Positions 12,500 through 22,067 of a stretch of DNA of 64,000 nt are shown here, piece after piece. The notes beneath the pieces are model-generated. The model worked only from the letters and a program-made list of their open reading frames with translations, was not told where the DNA came from and ran no database searches. The first letter of the stretch is position 1, and every line of letters begins with the position of its first letter. This stretch comes from Candidatus Omnitrophota bacterium (GTDB taxonomy: Bacteria > Omnitrophota > Omnitrophia > Omnitrophales > Aquincolibacteriaceae), in the NCBI GenBank assembly GCA_043821445.1, contig JBDRCT010000049.1, positions 3,872-67,871 on the forward strand, read 5' to 3'. The position numbers and the translations under genes were made by a program.

Positions 12500-13681
12500 A
12501 TGGCAAAAACGATCGTTCCCATAGGGCCCTATCATCCACTACAAGAAGAACCCGAATTTTTCACCCTGACAGTGGAAGGCGAACGGGTGGTGGAGATAGA
12601 TGTTCAGATCGGATACAACCACCGCGGAATCGAGAAGATCTCCGAGACGAAAACATTCGATCAGTCTACCTTCGCCGTCGAGAGAATATGCGGCATCTGT
12701 TCCACGAGCCATCCCGCGGCGTATACGCTGGCAGTGGAAGATATTATTCCGGTAGAGGTCCCTGAACGCGCGAAATACATTCGGACCATTGTCGCGGAAG
12801 GCGAGCGGATCCATTCACACCTTTTATGGCTCGGACTCGCGGGCCATTTCCTCGGCTACAACACGGTCTACATGTGGGCGTGGAAATTGCGCGAAGAGGT
12901 CCTGGACGTGATGGAGATCCTGTCCGGGAACAGGAATAACTACGCGATGTTCAAACCGGGCGGTGTCAGGCGCGATATCAAAGCCGAGGATATCCCCGGC
13001 GTTTTGAAGAAGATCGATTCCATCGTGCCTACCCTTCAAATGCTCCAGAAGGCCGTGATGGACGATCCCGTGCTTCATGCGCGTACCAAGGGCATTGGAG
13101 TCCTGACCAAAGAAGATGCCATCAGTTATTCTGCCCTTGGACCGACGGCGCGGGCGTCCGGTATCGCGCGCGACGTGCGCAAGGACTCCCCCTACGCTTC
13201 CTACGATAAGGTCGCATGGGACATGATTGTCCGGCATAACGGTGATGTCTTTGATAAATTAGTGATCCGTGTTCTCGAAACTTTCGAATCGATCAAGATC
13301 ATAAAATATTGCCTTACGAATTTGCCAAAAGGCGAGATCGACCTCAAGATCAAAAGTTTTCCGATCGGGGAAGGGATCGGTCACGTCGAGGCGCCGCGTG
13401 GCGAATGCTTTCATTATGTCAAAAGCGACGGAACGAACCGGCCGCTGCGCCATAAAATAAGGGCGCCGACTTACATGAATCTTCCGACTTATAAATCGAC
13501 CATTATGGGTCAAACGATTTCGGATGCGACGATCATCCTCGCGGCGATCGATCCTTGTTATTGCTGCACTGAGAGGATGGCCGTACGCGACGGAAAAGGG
13601 AAAAAACTTTTTACTGGCGAAGACCTCATCCGGCTTTCGCAGGAAAAAACCGAGAAACTCAGGGAAAAGTATGGACGCTAG
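12500..13681 (+). CDS. group 4 [NiFe]-hydrogenase large subunit
   Basis: GPYHP.QEEP, HRGIEK, L1 RICGIC, EAPRGE, L2 DPCYCCTER (both CxxC intact) plus a C-terminal extension. Confidence 0.93.
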   Translation: MAKTIVPIGPYHPLQEEPEFFTLTVEGERVVEIDVQIGYNHRGIEKISETKTFDQSTFAVERICGICSTSHPAAYTLAVEDIIPVEVPERAKYIRTIVAEGERIHSHLLWLGLAGHFLGYNTVYMWAWKLREEVLDVMEILSGNRNNYAMFKPGGVRRDIKAEDIPGVLKKIDSIVPTLQMLQKAVMDDPVLHARTKGIGVLTKEDAISYSALGPTARASGIARDVRKDSPYASYDKVAWDMIVRHNGDVFDKLVIRVLETFESIKIIKYCLTNLPKGEIDLKIKSFPIGEGIGHVEAPRGECFHYVKSDGTNRPLRHKIRAPTYMNLPTYKSTIMGQTISDATIILAAIDPCYCCTERMAVRDGKGKKLFTGEDLIRLSQEKTEKLREKYGR

Positions 13682-15326
13682 CGGAACGTTTTTTAGATCA
13701 GATCCTCTTTCGGCTTTTGTGGCATTCTTTATTGTCTTCTTTTCCCTCCTGACAATATTTTATTCCTTAGGTTTCATGCGAGGAAAGAAGGGACTGCTTT
13801 GGTATTATCTTTATCTTATTCTCACGCTTGCCGCTTCGCTCGGTGCCGTGTTCGCCAATAATCTTGTGTTATTCATGGTATTTTGGGGAGTTCTGGGGTT
13901 CCTCCTTTATCTTTTGATCGGATTTGGAGAAAAAGAACGCACCCCTGCGACCGCCAAGAAGACATTTATCATCATCGGTGGCACGGATGCCTTGATGCTT
14001 CTCGGTCTTGCGCTTGTCTGGCAGCTGACAGGTTCGTTCCAGATGGACAAAATGAGCATCGCCTTGAATTCCAAGCTTGCCGTTTGGGCTTACCTGTGCT
14101 TTGCGGCCGGCGCATTCGCCAAAGCAGGTGCCATGCCGTTCCATACCTGGATCCCGGACACCGCCGAAGACGCACCGACGCCGGTCACGGCTTTCTTGCC
14201 GGCATCGCTTGATAAACTTTTAGGGATCTATTTTCTTGCCCGGCTTTCGTTGAGCATGTTCCAGATGAACGGGCCGATGAACACCTTTTTAATGGCGGTC
14301 GGAGCTTTTACGATCGTGGCGGCCGTTATGATGGCGCTCGTCCAACATGATCTGAAGCGGTTGCTCGGGTATCATGCCGTGAGCCAGGTCGGCTACATGG
14401 TGCTGGGGATCGGCACGGGAAATCCTATCGGGATCGCCGGCGGATTGTTTCATATGCTGAATAATGCAGTCTATAAAACCTGTCTGTTCCTGACGGGGGG
14501 GGCCGTCGAAAAGAAAACAGGGACGACCGACCTGGACAAACTCGGCGGTTTGGCAAAGATCATGCCGGTGACTTTCATTACATTTTTGATCGCGGCATTC
14601 GCTATTTCCGGTGTTCCGCCATTTAACGGTTTTGCTTCCAAATGGCTCATTTATCAGGGAATTATCGAGACAGCGAACAAAACCCGATATTTATGGATCG
14701 TGTGGCTGGTCGCGGCTATGTTCGGAAGCGCGCTGACGCTGGCAAGCTTCATGAAGCTGGTCCATGCTATTTTTTTAGGTCAGACATCCAAGGAAATGAA
14801 CCTAGCGGAAAACCAGAAAAAAGAAACCGGATTTACCATGTGGGTCCCGGCCGTTATCCTCGCGTTTCTTTGCGTCCTTTTCGGGGTCTTTTTTTATCCG
14901 ATCCCTCTAAAAATGTTCATTATCCCAAGCCTTGGGATGAATATTGAAAACTTCGGGATGTGGGATGCGGGCCTGGCGACGATTTTGATCTTCGTTGGCA
15001 TTTTGGTCGGGTTTGTGATCTACCTTTTAGGCGCGGCCGTAAAACCCAGGGAAGCCGAGGTCTTTGTCGGCGGGGAGGACTTGAAAGATCATCCGGATAT
15101 GAGAATTTCCGGGACGGAGTTCTACCGGACCGTTGAGGACATGAAGATCTTGAAACCGGTTTATCAGCTGGCAAAGGAAAAGGCCTTTGATCCCTACGAG
15201 GTGGGGGCGAAGCTCACGTTCGGTTTCAGTAAATTTTTATCCTATCTCCACAACGGCATCCTGCCGACTTATTTGGTCTGGTGCCTTTTGGGGATGGGCA
15301 TCTTATTTTACATTTTTCTGAGGTAG
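13671..15326 (+). CDS. MrpA/NuoL-like antiporter subunit
   Basis: KAGAMPFHTWIPD, DLKRLLGYHAVSQVGY, GVPPFNGFASK. Confidence 0.9.
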   Translation: MDASGTFFRSDPLSAFVAFFIVFFSLLTIFYSLGFMRGKKGLLWYYLYLILTLAASLGAVFANNLVLFMVFWGVLGFLLYLLIGFGEKERTPATAKKTFIIIGGTDALMLLGLALVWQLTGSFQMDKMSIALNSKLAVWAYLCFAAGAFAKAGAMPFHTWIPDTAEDAPTPVTAFLPASLDKLLGIYFLARLSLSMFQMNGPMNTFLMAVGAFTIVAAVMMALVQHDLKRLLGYHAVSQVGYMVLGIGTGNPIGIAGGLFHMLNNAVYKTCLFLTGGAVEKKTGTTDLDKLGGLAKIMPVTFITFLIAAFAISGVPPFNGFASKWLIYQGIIETANKTRYLWIVWLVAAMFGSALTLASFMKLVHAIFLGQTSKEMNLAENQKKETGFTMWVPAVILAFLCVLFGVFFYPIPLKMFIIPSLGMNIENFGMWDAGLATILIFVGILVGFVIYLLGAAVKPREAEVFVGGEDLKDHPDMRISGTEFYRTVEDMKILKPVYQLAKEKAFDPYEVGAKLTFGFSKFLSYLHNGILPTYLVWCLLGMGILFYIFLR

Positions 15327-15330
15327 AGCC

Positions 15331-15882
15331 ATGCTTTCGTTATATCTGCTTTTGGCCTTGATGATTATCGGAGCGATCGTTGCCATTGAGCTCAAAGATA
15401 TGCTTTCTTCGGCGGTGGCCGTGGGTGCGGTCGGACTCATTCTTTCCATCACGTTCCTTATGTTAAAGGCCCCGGATGTGGCCATTACCCAGCTTGTCGT
15501 GGAAATTTTATGTTTGATCATTCTGATCCGGGCGACCTTGAAAAAGGATCTTCCGTTCTCGATCACCGGCAGATGGTATTTGAACACTTTGGTCACAGGC
15601 TGTTTTATCGTTTTGTTCCTGTCGATCGCGATGAAGGCCTGCGCCGATCTTCCGCCTTTTGGTTATCCCATTATGAAGGTGGCGGAAACTTATTTGCGGG
15701 AAGGACTGCCGAAGACGGGCGCCGCCAATATCGTCGCCGCCGTCATCCTGGATTACAGGGCTTATGACACCCTGGGAGAAGCGACCGTGCTGTTTACGGC
15801 GGTGATCGGTGTTTTGGCGATCGTGCGTCGTATCGGCAGAAAACGGGAAGATACCGTTATCACGGATGAAGATGAGTCATAA
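15331..15882 (+). CDS. MbhD/E-like (MrpA C-terminal / MrpB-related) subunit
   Basis: APDVAITQ, NIVAAVILDYRAYDTLGEATVL. Confidence 0.87.
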   Translation: MLSLYLLLALMIIGAIVAIELKDMLSSAVAVGAVGLILSITFLMLKAPDVAITQLVVEILCLIILIRATLKKDLPFSITGRWYLNTLVTGCFIVLFLSIAMKACADLPPFGYPIMKVAETYLREGLPKTGAANIVAAVILDYRAYDTLGEATVLFTAVIGVLAIVRRIGRKREDTVITDEDES

Positions 15883-15894
15883 AAGGAGGGCCCC

Positions 15895-16347
15895 ATGAGC
15901 CGCGAGCAACAAGAGGGCATGTCCGTCATCGTCAAGACGATCACACGTCTTACCGTAGGGCTCATCCTGCTTTATGGGATCTACATTCTCAGCCACGGGC
16001 ATGTGTCGCCCGGCGGCGGGGGGGCGGGCGGCGTCATCATCGCGCTTTCTTTTGTCCATTTGATGCTTGCCTACGGTAAGGAGACAGCTTTTAAAAAGAT
16101 CCCCAAGGCGGCTGTTTCGTTCTTTGAGGGCATGGGCGCCATCATCTTTTTGGCGATCGCTTTGTTCGGGTTTACCAGCGGATACTTTTTCTTGAATTTC
16201 ATCTCCAAAGGGGAACCCTTCCGTTTGTTCAGCGCCGGGATCATCCCTTTGTGCAATATCGCGATCAGCTTGAAAGTGGGCGCCGGTCTTTTCGCGATCT
16301 TTGTCGCCTTAGTATTGCTAAAATTCGAATCGGAGCACAAACAATGA
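15895..16347 (+). CDS. MrpB/MnhB-like subunit
   Basis: GHVSPGGG..GG motif. Confidence 0.87.
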   Translation: MSREQQEGMSVIVKTITRLTVGLILLYGIYILSHGHVSPGGGGAGGVIIALSFVHLMLAYGKETAFKKIPKAAVSFFEGMGAIIFLAIALFGFTSGYFFLNFISKGEPFRLFSAGIIPLCNIAISLKVGAGLFAIFVALVLLKFESEHKQ

Positions 16348-16682
16348 CGGCCTACATCCTTTGTCTCATGTTGTTCTGCGTGGGCATTTACGGTGTGATA
16401 AGAAAACGTAATATCATCAAGATTATTATCGGGACGATCATCGCGGAATATGCCGTGAACTTGTTTTTTATTTTGGTGTGCTACCGCATGAAGGGACGCG
16501 CCCCCATTTTTTCGCCGGACCAGTCGATCACGAACATGGTCGACGCGCTCCCGCAGGCGCTTGTTCTAACCGCCATCGTCATCGGGCTTGCGACGACCGC
16601 CATGCTGGTGGCGATCGCCATGCGGATCTATGAAAAATACGGCACCTTCGACATTACCAAGATCAGGGAGTTAAGAGGATGA
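16344..16682 (+). CDS. MrpC/MnhC-like subunit
   Basis: NIIKIIIG, D.LPQALVLTAIVIG. Confidence 0.9.
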   Translation: MTAYILCLMLFCVGIYGVIRKRNIIKIIIGTIIAEYAVNLFFILVCYRMKGRAPIFSPDQSITNMVDALPQALVLTAIVIGLATTAMLVAIAMRIYEKYGTFDITKIRELRG

Positions 16683-18178
16683 GCGGTCTCGTGAACCTCC
16701 TACCGTTATTTGTGGTCGTGCCGCTGGGCGGGGCTTTTTTGACCACGATCATCGGCCGCCGGGTGAAGCGGCTGCCGGACCTTGTAGGCGTGATCGCGAC
16801 CTTTTGCCTGTTCTGTTTTTCCGTCTGGGCGGTCGCTATCGTCAAACAACACGGCGTCCTTGTTTATAGCGTCGGCGCGTGGAGACCGCCGGTGGGCATC
16901 ACCCTTGTTTTGGACGCTTTGACCTCGTTCATGCTGGTGACGGTGAACACGGTCGTCTTTCTGATCGCGGTCTATTCGGTCCGGTATATGGAGCACTTTA
17001 CTTCAAAATGGAAGTTCTTCACGCTTTTTCTGTTGTTGGTAGGGGGGATGAACGGCGTGATCATTACGGGCGATCTGTTCAATCTGTTCGTGTTTTTGGA
17101 GATCGCGGCGGTCGCCAGCTATGCTCTGGTGGCCTTTGGGACTGAAAAGTACGAACTTGAAGCGGCGTTCAAATACGGCGTGATGAGTTCCGTCAGCTCG
17201 CTTTTTATCCTTTTGGGGATCGCATTCCTCTACGCCTATACCTCCACCCTGAACATGGCGGACATGGCGGCGGTTCTGTCAAAGAAGGGCCCAAACGAGA
17301 TCATCCCGATGGTATCGATCTTATTTATCATGGGGTTCGGCCTGAAGGCGGCCCTCGTTCCTTTTCACGCGTGGCTTCCGGACGCGCATCCTTCGGCCCC
17401 GGCGCCTATCTCTGCGACGCTTTCCGGCGTTCTGATCAAATCCCTTGGAGCGTATACGATTTGCAGGATCTTTTTTAATGTGATCGGATTCAGCGAAGGG
17501 GTTTCTTATGTTTTATTGGTCCTGGGAACGCTTTCCATGGTCGGGGGGGTGTTTTTAGCCGTTGGGCAATGGGACTTCAAAAGGCTTCTTGCCTATCACT
17601 CCATCAGTCAGATGGGTTATGTCATCCTGGGCATCGGCTTGGGGACGCCGCTCGGGATCCTGGGGGGCCTTTTCCATCTTTTCAACCATTCCATATTTAA
17701 ATCACTGCTTTTCTTGAACTCAGGGGCCGTGGAGTATGCCACCGGCACCCGGGACCTTCAGCGCATGGGCGGTCTTTTTAAGAAAATGCCTGTGACCGGC
17801 ACCACCAATCTTATTGCATCGATGTCGATCGCCGGCATACCGCCTTTCAACGGTTTTTGGAGCAAGCTTCTGATCATCGTGGCGTGCGTGCAGGCCGGCC
17901 GGTACGGTTTTGCTTTTTGGGCCGTATTTGCCAGCATTTTGACCCTCGCTTCTTTTATGAAAGTGATGAAATATGTTTATTACGGGAAGCTGCCCAAGGC
18001 ATTGGCCGATACGAAAGAAGTTCCCGGCTTGATGAAATTCGCCATGGTGGTCTTAGCATTTATTTGCGTGATCGGCGGACTTTTGTTCCTTCCCGGCGTT
18101 GCCGGGACGTTCCTTCAACCGGCAACGGCCGTTCTTTTGAAAGGGGTCGGGTATGCCCATTTACCCTTCATTCCATGA
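16679..18178 (+). CDS. MrpD/MnhD-like antiporter subunit
   Basis: TGDLFNLFVFLEI, PFHAWLPDAH, DFKRLLAYHSISQMGY. Confidence 0.92.
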   Translation: MSGLVNLLPLFVVVPLGGAFLTTIIGRRVKRLPDLVGVIATFCLFCFSVWAVAIVKQHGVLVYSVGAWRPPVGITLVLDALTSFMLVTVNTVVFLIAVYSVRYMEHFTSKWKFFTLFLLLVGGMNGVIITGDLFNLFVFLEIAAVASYALVAFGTEKYELEAAFKYGVMSSVSSLFILLGIAFLYAYTSTLNMADMAAVLSKKGPNEIIPMVSILFIMGFGLKAALVPFHAWLPDAHPSAPAPISATLSGVLIKSLGAYTICRIFFNVIGFSEGVSYVLLVLGTLSMVGGVFLAVGQWDFKRLLAYHSISQMGYVILGIGLGTPLGILGGLFHLFNHSIFKSLLFLNSGAVEYATGTRDLQRMGGLFKKMPVTGTTNLIASMSIAGIPPFNGFWSKLLIIVACVQAGRYGFAFWAVFASILTLASFMKVMKYVYYGKLPKALADTKEVPGLMKFAMVVLAFICVIGGLLFLPGVAGTFLQPATAVLLKGVGYAHLPFIP

Positions 18179-18687
18179 GACCAGATAAAATAAACAGCAG
18201 GATCATTCTTTTTATCGTTGCTTTTTTAACGTGGTGTGTTTTGAACTGGCCGCCGGACTGGCAGCACCTTTTGGTAGGTTTTTTTGTGGCGGCATTTGTC
18301 ACCTATATGATCGGCGATCTTTATGTTTCTGTGCCGAGTATTTTTAAACAACCCCAGCGGTATTGGTATTTTGCGGCCCATTATCTCCCGCTTTTCATCT
18401 TGGAGTGCATCAAGGCGAACATTGATGTTGCCTACCGTGTTTTGCATCCTCAATTACCGATCAAGCCGGGGATCGTACGGATCAAGACAAAACTCAAGAC
18501 CGACACGGGGCTGACATTTTTGGCCAATACGATCACCCTGACGCCCGGGACCATGTGTGTGGATATCGATCGGGATCGCGGCATTTTATATATCCATTGG
18601 ATTCATGTGGACGCGCAGGAAGCAGAGAAGGCGACACAACTGATCGCGGGAAAATTCGAAACGATACTGGCGAAAATATTTGGATAA
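18175..18687 (+). CDS. MrpE/MnhE-like subunit
   Basis: KANIDVA, PGIV, LANTITLTPGT, LYIHWI. Confidence 0.9.
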   Translation: MRPDKINSRIILFIVAFLTWCVLNWPPDWQHLLVGFFVAAFVTYMIGDLYVSVPSIFKQPQRYWYFAAHYLPLFILECIKANIDVAYRVLHPQLPIKPGIVRIKTKLKTDTGLTFLANTITLTPGTMCVDIDRDRGILYIHWIHVDAQEAEKATQLIAGKFETILAKIFG

Positions 18688-18705
18688 GCAGGAAGGGAAA
18701 GGAAG

Positions 18706-19074
18706 ATGAAAATGCTCAGGTGGTTCATAGGCACGGTGGCTCTTGCCGGCACCGTGGCACTCATTATCATTTATCCGCTCCCGTTTTTGTTCTATCCCGA
18801 TCTTCCCCATGTTGGATTTGTCGGCAGGGCCCTCTATATCGTTATTTTAAGCTGCTTCCTTTGTTTTTACAGGATCGCACGGGGGCCTTCGGGCGCCGAC
18901 CGGATCGTCGCGGTCGATATTCTGGGGATCATGCTCGTGGGTTTATGCGCAGTGCTCACCATTGCAACACGTCGTTCCTGGTATATTGACATCGGCATTG
19001 CCTGGGCCCTGCAAAGCTTCATCAGCACACTCGCGCTTTCCAAGTATCTGGAAGGAAAGGATTTCGATGAATGA
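18706..19074 (+). CDS. MrpF/MnhF-like subunit
   Basis: RIARGPS.ADRIVAVD. Confidence 0.88.
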   Translation: MKMLRWFIGTVALAGTVALIIIYPLPFLFYPDLPHVGFVGRALYIVILSCFLCFYRIARGPSGADRIVAVDILGIMLVGLCAVLTIATRRSWYIDIGIAWALQSFISTLALSKYLEGKDFDE

Positions 19075-19402
19075 GACCCTTGGCTTAGTATTGATCGGCA
19101 TCGGGTTGGCCTTTGACCTTTTTGGGTGTCTAGGGCTTATCCGTCTTCCCGACGTTTATAACCGTCTGCAGGCGGCGACGAAATGCGTCACCGTAGGAAC
19201 TTGCAGCATTCTTTTTGGGACTTTTCTGATCATGGGATTTACCGCCGCAGGGCTGAAATCGATCTTGTGCATATGGTTTCTGGTCTTGGCTTCCCCCGTG
19301 GCAGCCCATGCCTTGGCGAGAGGCGCCCATCGTGCCGGTATTAAACTTTGGGAAAAAAGCGTGGTGGACCAGTATGCCGAGGACGGGGAAGGAAAAAAAT
19401 AA
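19067..19402 (+). CDS. MrpG/MnhG-like subunit
   Basis: GLIRLPDVYNRLQAATK, PVAAHALAR. Confidence 0.9.
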   Translation: MNETLGLVLIGIGLAFDLFGCLGLIRLPDVYNRLQAATKCVTVGTCSILFGTFLIMGFTAAGLKSILCIWFLVLASPVAAHALARGAHRAGIKLWEKSVVDQYAEDGEGKK

Positions 19403-19405
19403 ATC

Positions 19406-20023
19406 ATGAGATTTCCATTACCGAAACTCCGGGAAGTGGTCGAGGCGGTGAAGGCGCTTATCGTAGGGCCTTACACCTCGAAGTTTCCTAAGGAACCACA
19501 TGTGCCGCATCCTAATTTCCGCGGCCAGCCCAAGTATAACGAGCAAAAATGCGTGGGCTGTCTAGCGTGTGTCGAGGTTTGTCCCGTCCAGGCACTCGAT
19601 TATAAAGATGACACCAGCGATCCTAAAGCGGCTAAAAGAACCATGATCCATTACACGGACACCTGCATTTTCTGCAGTCAGTGTGAGGCGGCTTGCATTG
19701 CGGACCATCAGGGGATCAAGGCCTCCACAGATTGGGAACTCTCCTTTTTCGACCGGAAAGCGGCATTCGAAACGATCGAGAAAGAATTGCAGCTTTGCGA
19801 GATTTGCGGAGTGACGGTCGCTTGCAAGGATCATTTGAAATGGATTGCCGAAAAACTCGGAGAATTATCCTATTCCAGCCCCACACTTTATCAATCACGT
19901 CTTCAGGACCTCGGGGTCATCGATGAGAATCTCAAGTCCGCATTGAAAGACAACGGCCGTTCCGATCGTGTCAAGATCCTCTGCGCGCCGTGCCGCCGGA
20001 AGACAACGCTCACGACCGAATAA
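19406..20023 (+). CDS. 2x4Fe-4S subunit (NuoI/MbhN-like)
   Basis: YT..FP, FRG, CVGCLACVEVCP, CIFCSQCEAAC, extra CEIC/CAPC. Confidence 0.88.
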   Translation: MRFPLPKLREVVEAVKALIVGPYTSKFPKEPHVPHPNFRGQPKYNEQKCVGCLACVEVCPVQALDYKDDTSDPKAAKRTMIHYTDTCIFCSQCEAACIADHQGIKASTDWELSFFDRKAAFETIEKELQLCEICGVTVACKDHLKWIAEKLGELSYSSPTLYQSRLQDLGVIDENLKSALKDNGRSDRVKILCAPCRRKTTLTTE

Positions 20024-20057
20024 ACCAATATTGCTTTTTCTTGGGATCCCGGCCAAT

Positions 20058-20519
20058 ATGGAAGATCTTTTAATCCCCATTCTCAAAGGAAAGACCGTGA
20101 TCGTCGGCATCGGGAACCCGCTTCGCGGGGACGATGGTGTTGGGCCGTACCTTGTGGAAATTCTCCAGGGTAGGGTCAATGCTGTTTGTATCGATGCCGG
20201 GACGGCGCCCGAAAGTTACATCGGAAAGATTTTGAAGGAGTTCCCGGATACGGTACTGATCGTGGATGCCGTACACCTAGGGCTTGAGGCGGGCGCGTGT
20301 CAGGTCCTGGAGGGGGACGAGATCTTGAAAAGCGGTCTTACCACCCATGACCTTTCGCCGCGGATGTTCATGGACCATCTGAGGCAGGGAAGCAGGGCCC
20401 GGATCTACATGCTGGGGGTTCAGCCCCAAAGGGTCCTCTTCGGGGACGCTATGTCCGGATCGGTAAAAAAAACAACGGAACAACTGGCCGCAGCAATTAC
20501 GGAGGTGCTGGGTGCATGA
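20058..20519 (+). CDS. hycI: hydrogenase maturation endopeptidase (HycI-like)
   Basis: GIGNPLRGDDGVG, DAGTAPE, VDAV, TTH, GVQP. Confidence 0.9.
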   Translation: MEDLLIPILKGKTVIVGIGNPLRGDDGVGPYLVEILQGRVNAVCIDAGTAPESYIGKILKEFPDTVLIVDAVHLGLEAGACQVLEGDEILKSGLTTHDLSPRMFMDHLRQGSRARIYMLGVQPQRVLFGDAMSGSVKKTTEQLAAAITEVLGA

Positions 20520-20754
20520 AACACATTTAATCGAACCGATCATCAAGGGGATCTCGGAGCACGCGAAAAAAGAGGGCGCTCGTTCCGTGTCCAAGGTCCA
20601 TATCAAGGTCGGCCTGTTGACCGGCGTCAAGGAAGAATCTTTCAGAGAAACCTTCGCGGTGCTTGCTAAGGGAACGATGCTTGAGAACGCCGAGATAGAA
20701 CTGACATTCTTTCCGGGCACCATCATCCAGATTCTTTCCTTCGCTATCGAGTAG
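20512..20754 (+). CDS. hypA: HypA-like nickel chaperone lacking the Zn-finger
   Basis: GTG start, MHE N-terminus, V..V.IKVG.LTGV, GT.LENA.IE; no cysteines. Confidence 0.8.
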   Translation: MHETHLIEPIIKGISEHAKKEGARSVSKVHIKVGLLTGVKEESFRETFAVLAKGTMLENAEIELTFFPGTIIQILSFAIE

Positions 20755-20759
20755 ACGCC

Positions 20760-22067
20760 ATGTGCTATGCCATCCCCGGGAAGGTGAAGGAACTCAAGGG
20801 AAACGTTGCGGTCCTGGATTATTTCGGAGAGCTCCGGAGAGCACATTATGAGATGACGGATCTTCGGGTGGATGAATACGTTTATGCGCAGGGTGGTTAC
20901 GTCATCAATAAAGTCCCGCTCCGCGAGGCCGAAGAGATCCTATCAGCCTGGAAGACCATGTTCTTTGAACTCCAGGAAGTCGATCTGCGCCTGTCGCGCG
21001 CCGGGATCGAGAAGATAAGCGCGGACGCGGCGATCAAGCGGATCCTGGACAAGGCCATGGAAGGAAAGCCGCCGGCCAGGGACGAGCTGCTCTATCTGCT
21101 CAAGTGCCGCGATCGATCCACGCTTGACCTGGTCTTCAAATCCGCCAATTTCCTCCGTCAGAAATATCTTAAGAACGCCTGCTGCGTTCACGGCATTCTC
21201 GAGATCTCAAACCATTGTAGGGAAAATTGCCGTTATTGCGGGATTTCGACACACCACAAGGCCCTCACACGTTACCGCATGACCCCGGACGAGATCATGG
21301 CCGTCGCCTGTGAGGCGGTTGAAAAATATGGGTTTAAGGCGCTCGTCCTTCAAAGTGGCGAAGATCCCGGATATTCGATCGATGAATTCGCAAGGATCAT
21401 CAGGATGATCAAAGAAAAAACGCCGTGTCTTATTTTCATAAGTTTCGGCGAGATCGGTATTCCGGGTCTCCGGAAACTTCACGATGCCGGCGCGCGCGGG
21501 CTCTTGATGCGCTTCGAAACCTCGAATCCCAAACTTTACGCGGAATCCCATCCGGGCCGTTCCCTGGAAACAAGGCTCGAGCACCTCCGTAAGGCCTACG
21601 AAATGGGCTATTTGATCGTGACGGGAGGGCTGATCGGCCTGCCTGACCAGACCCTTGCGGATATCGTGGATGATATTTTTCTTGCAAAAGAACTTCACGC
21701 CGAGATGTACAGTTTTGGCCCGTTCCTTCCGCACCCCCAAACGCCTTTGGGGAAGGTCCTGCCTGTGCATGAAATTGAAATGTTGAAAGTGATTGCTGTC
21801 GCGAGACTTTTGGATCCGAAAGAAGCGAGGATCCTTGTCACCACGGCTTTCGAGACCTTGAGTCCGGACGCCCGGCGCAAAGGCCTTCTTGCCGGTGCTA
21901 ATTCTGTGATGCTTAATATCACCCCCGTAGAATATCGCGAGCGTTATGCGATCTACCCGAACCGGGTTTATGCCCACGAAACGGTCCGTAAACAGATCGA
22001 TGAGACGCTTGTCTTGTTGAAAGAACTCGGGCGCGCGCCGACGGACCTTGGCGCAAAGGTCCATTAA
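20760..22067 (+). CDS. HypC domain fused to HydE/BioB-family radical SAM enzyme
   Basis: N-terminal MCYAIPGKV...EAEEIL is HypC-like; then CRENCRYC, LVLQSGED, RFETSN..LY...HP, GANSVMLNITP..YR..Y.IYP as in HydE. Confidence 0.85.
   Translation: MCYAIPGKVKELKGNVAVLDYFGELRRAHYEMTDLRVDEYVYAQGGYVINKVPLREAEEILSAWKTMFFELQEVDLRLSRAGIEKISADAAIKRILDKAMEGKPPARDELLYLLKCRDRSTLDLVFKSANFLRQKYLKNACCVHGILEISNHCRENCRYCGISTHHKALTRYRMTPDEIMAVACEAVEKYGFKALVLQSGEDPGYSIDEFARIIRMIKEKTPCLIFISFGEIGIPGLRKLHDAGARGLLMRFETSNPKLYAESHPGRSLETRLEHLRKAYEMGYLIVTGGLIGLPDQTLADIVDDIFLAKELHAEMYSFGPFLPHPQTPLGKVLPVHEIEMLKVIAVARLLDPKEARILVTTAFETLSPDARRKGLLAGANSVMLNITPVEYRERYAIYPNRVYAHETVRKQIDETLVLLKELGRAPTDLGAKVH

Noticed and set aside
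12500-13681. Large subunit as NuoD or a non-hydrogenase Mbx/Mbs subunit
   Set aside because: Both CxxC Ni-binding motifs and a C-terminal extension are present, with hycI, hypA and hypC nearby.
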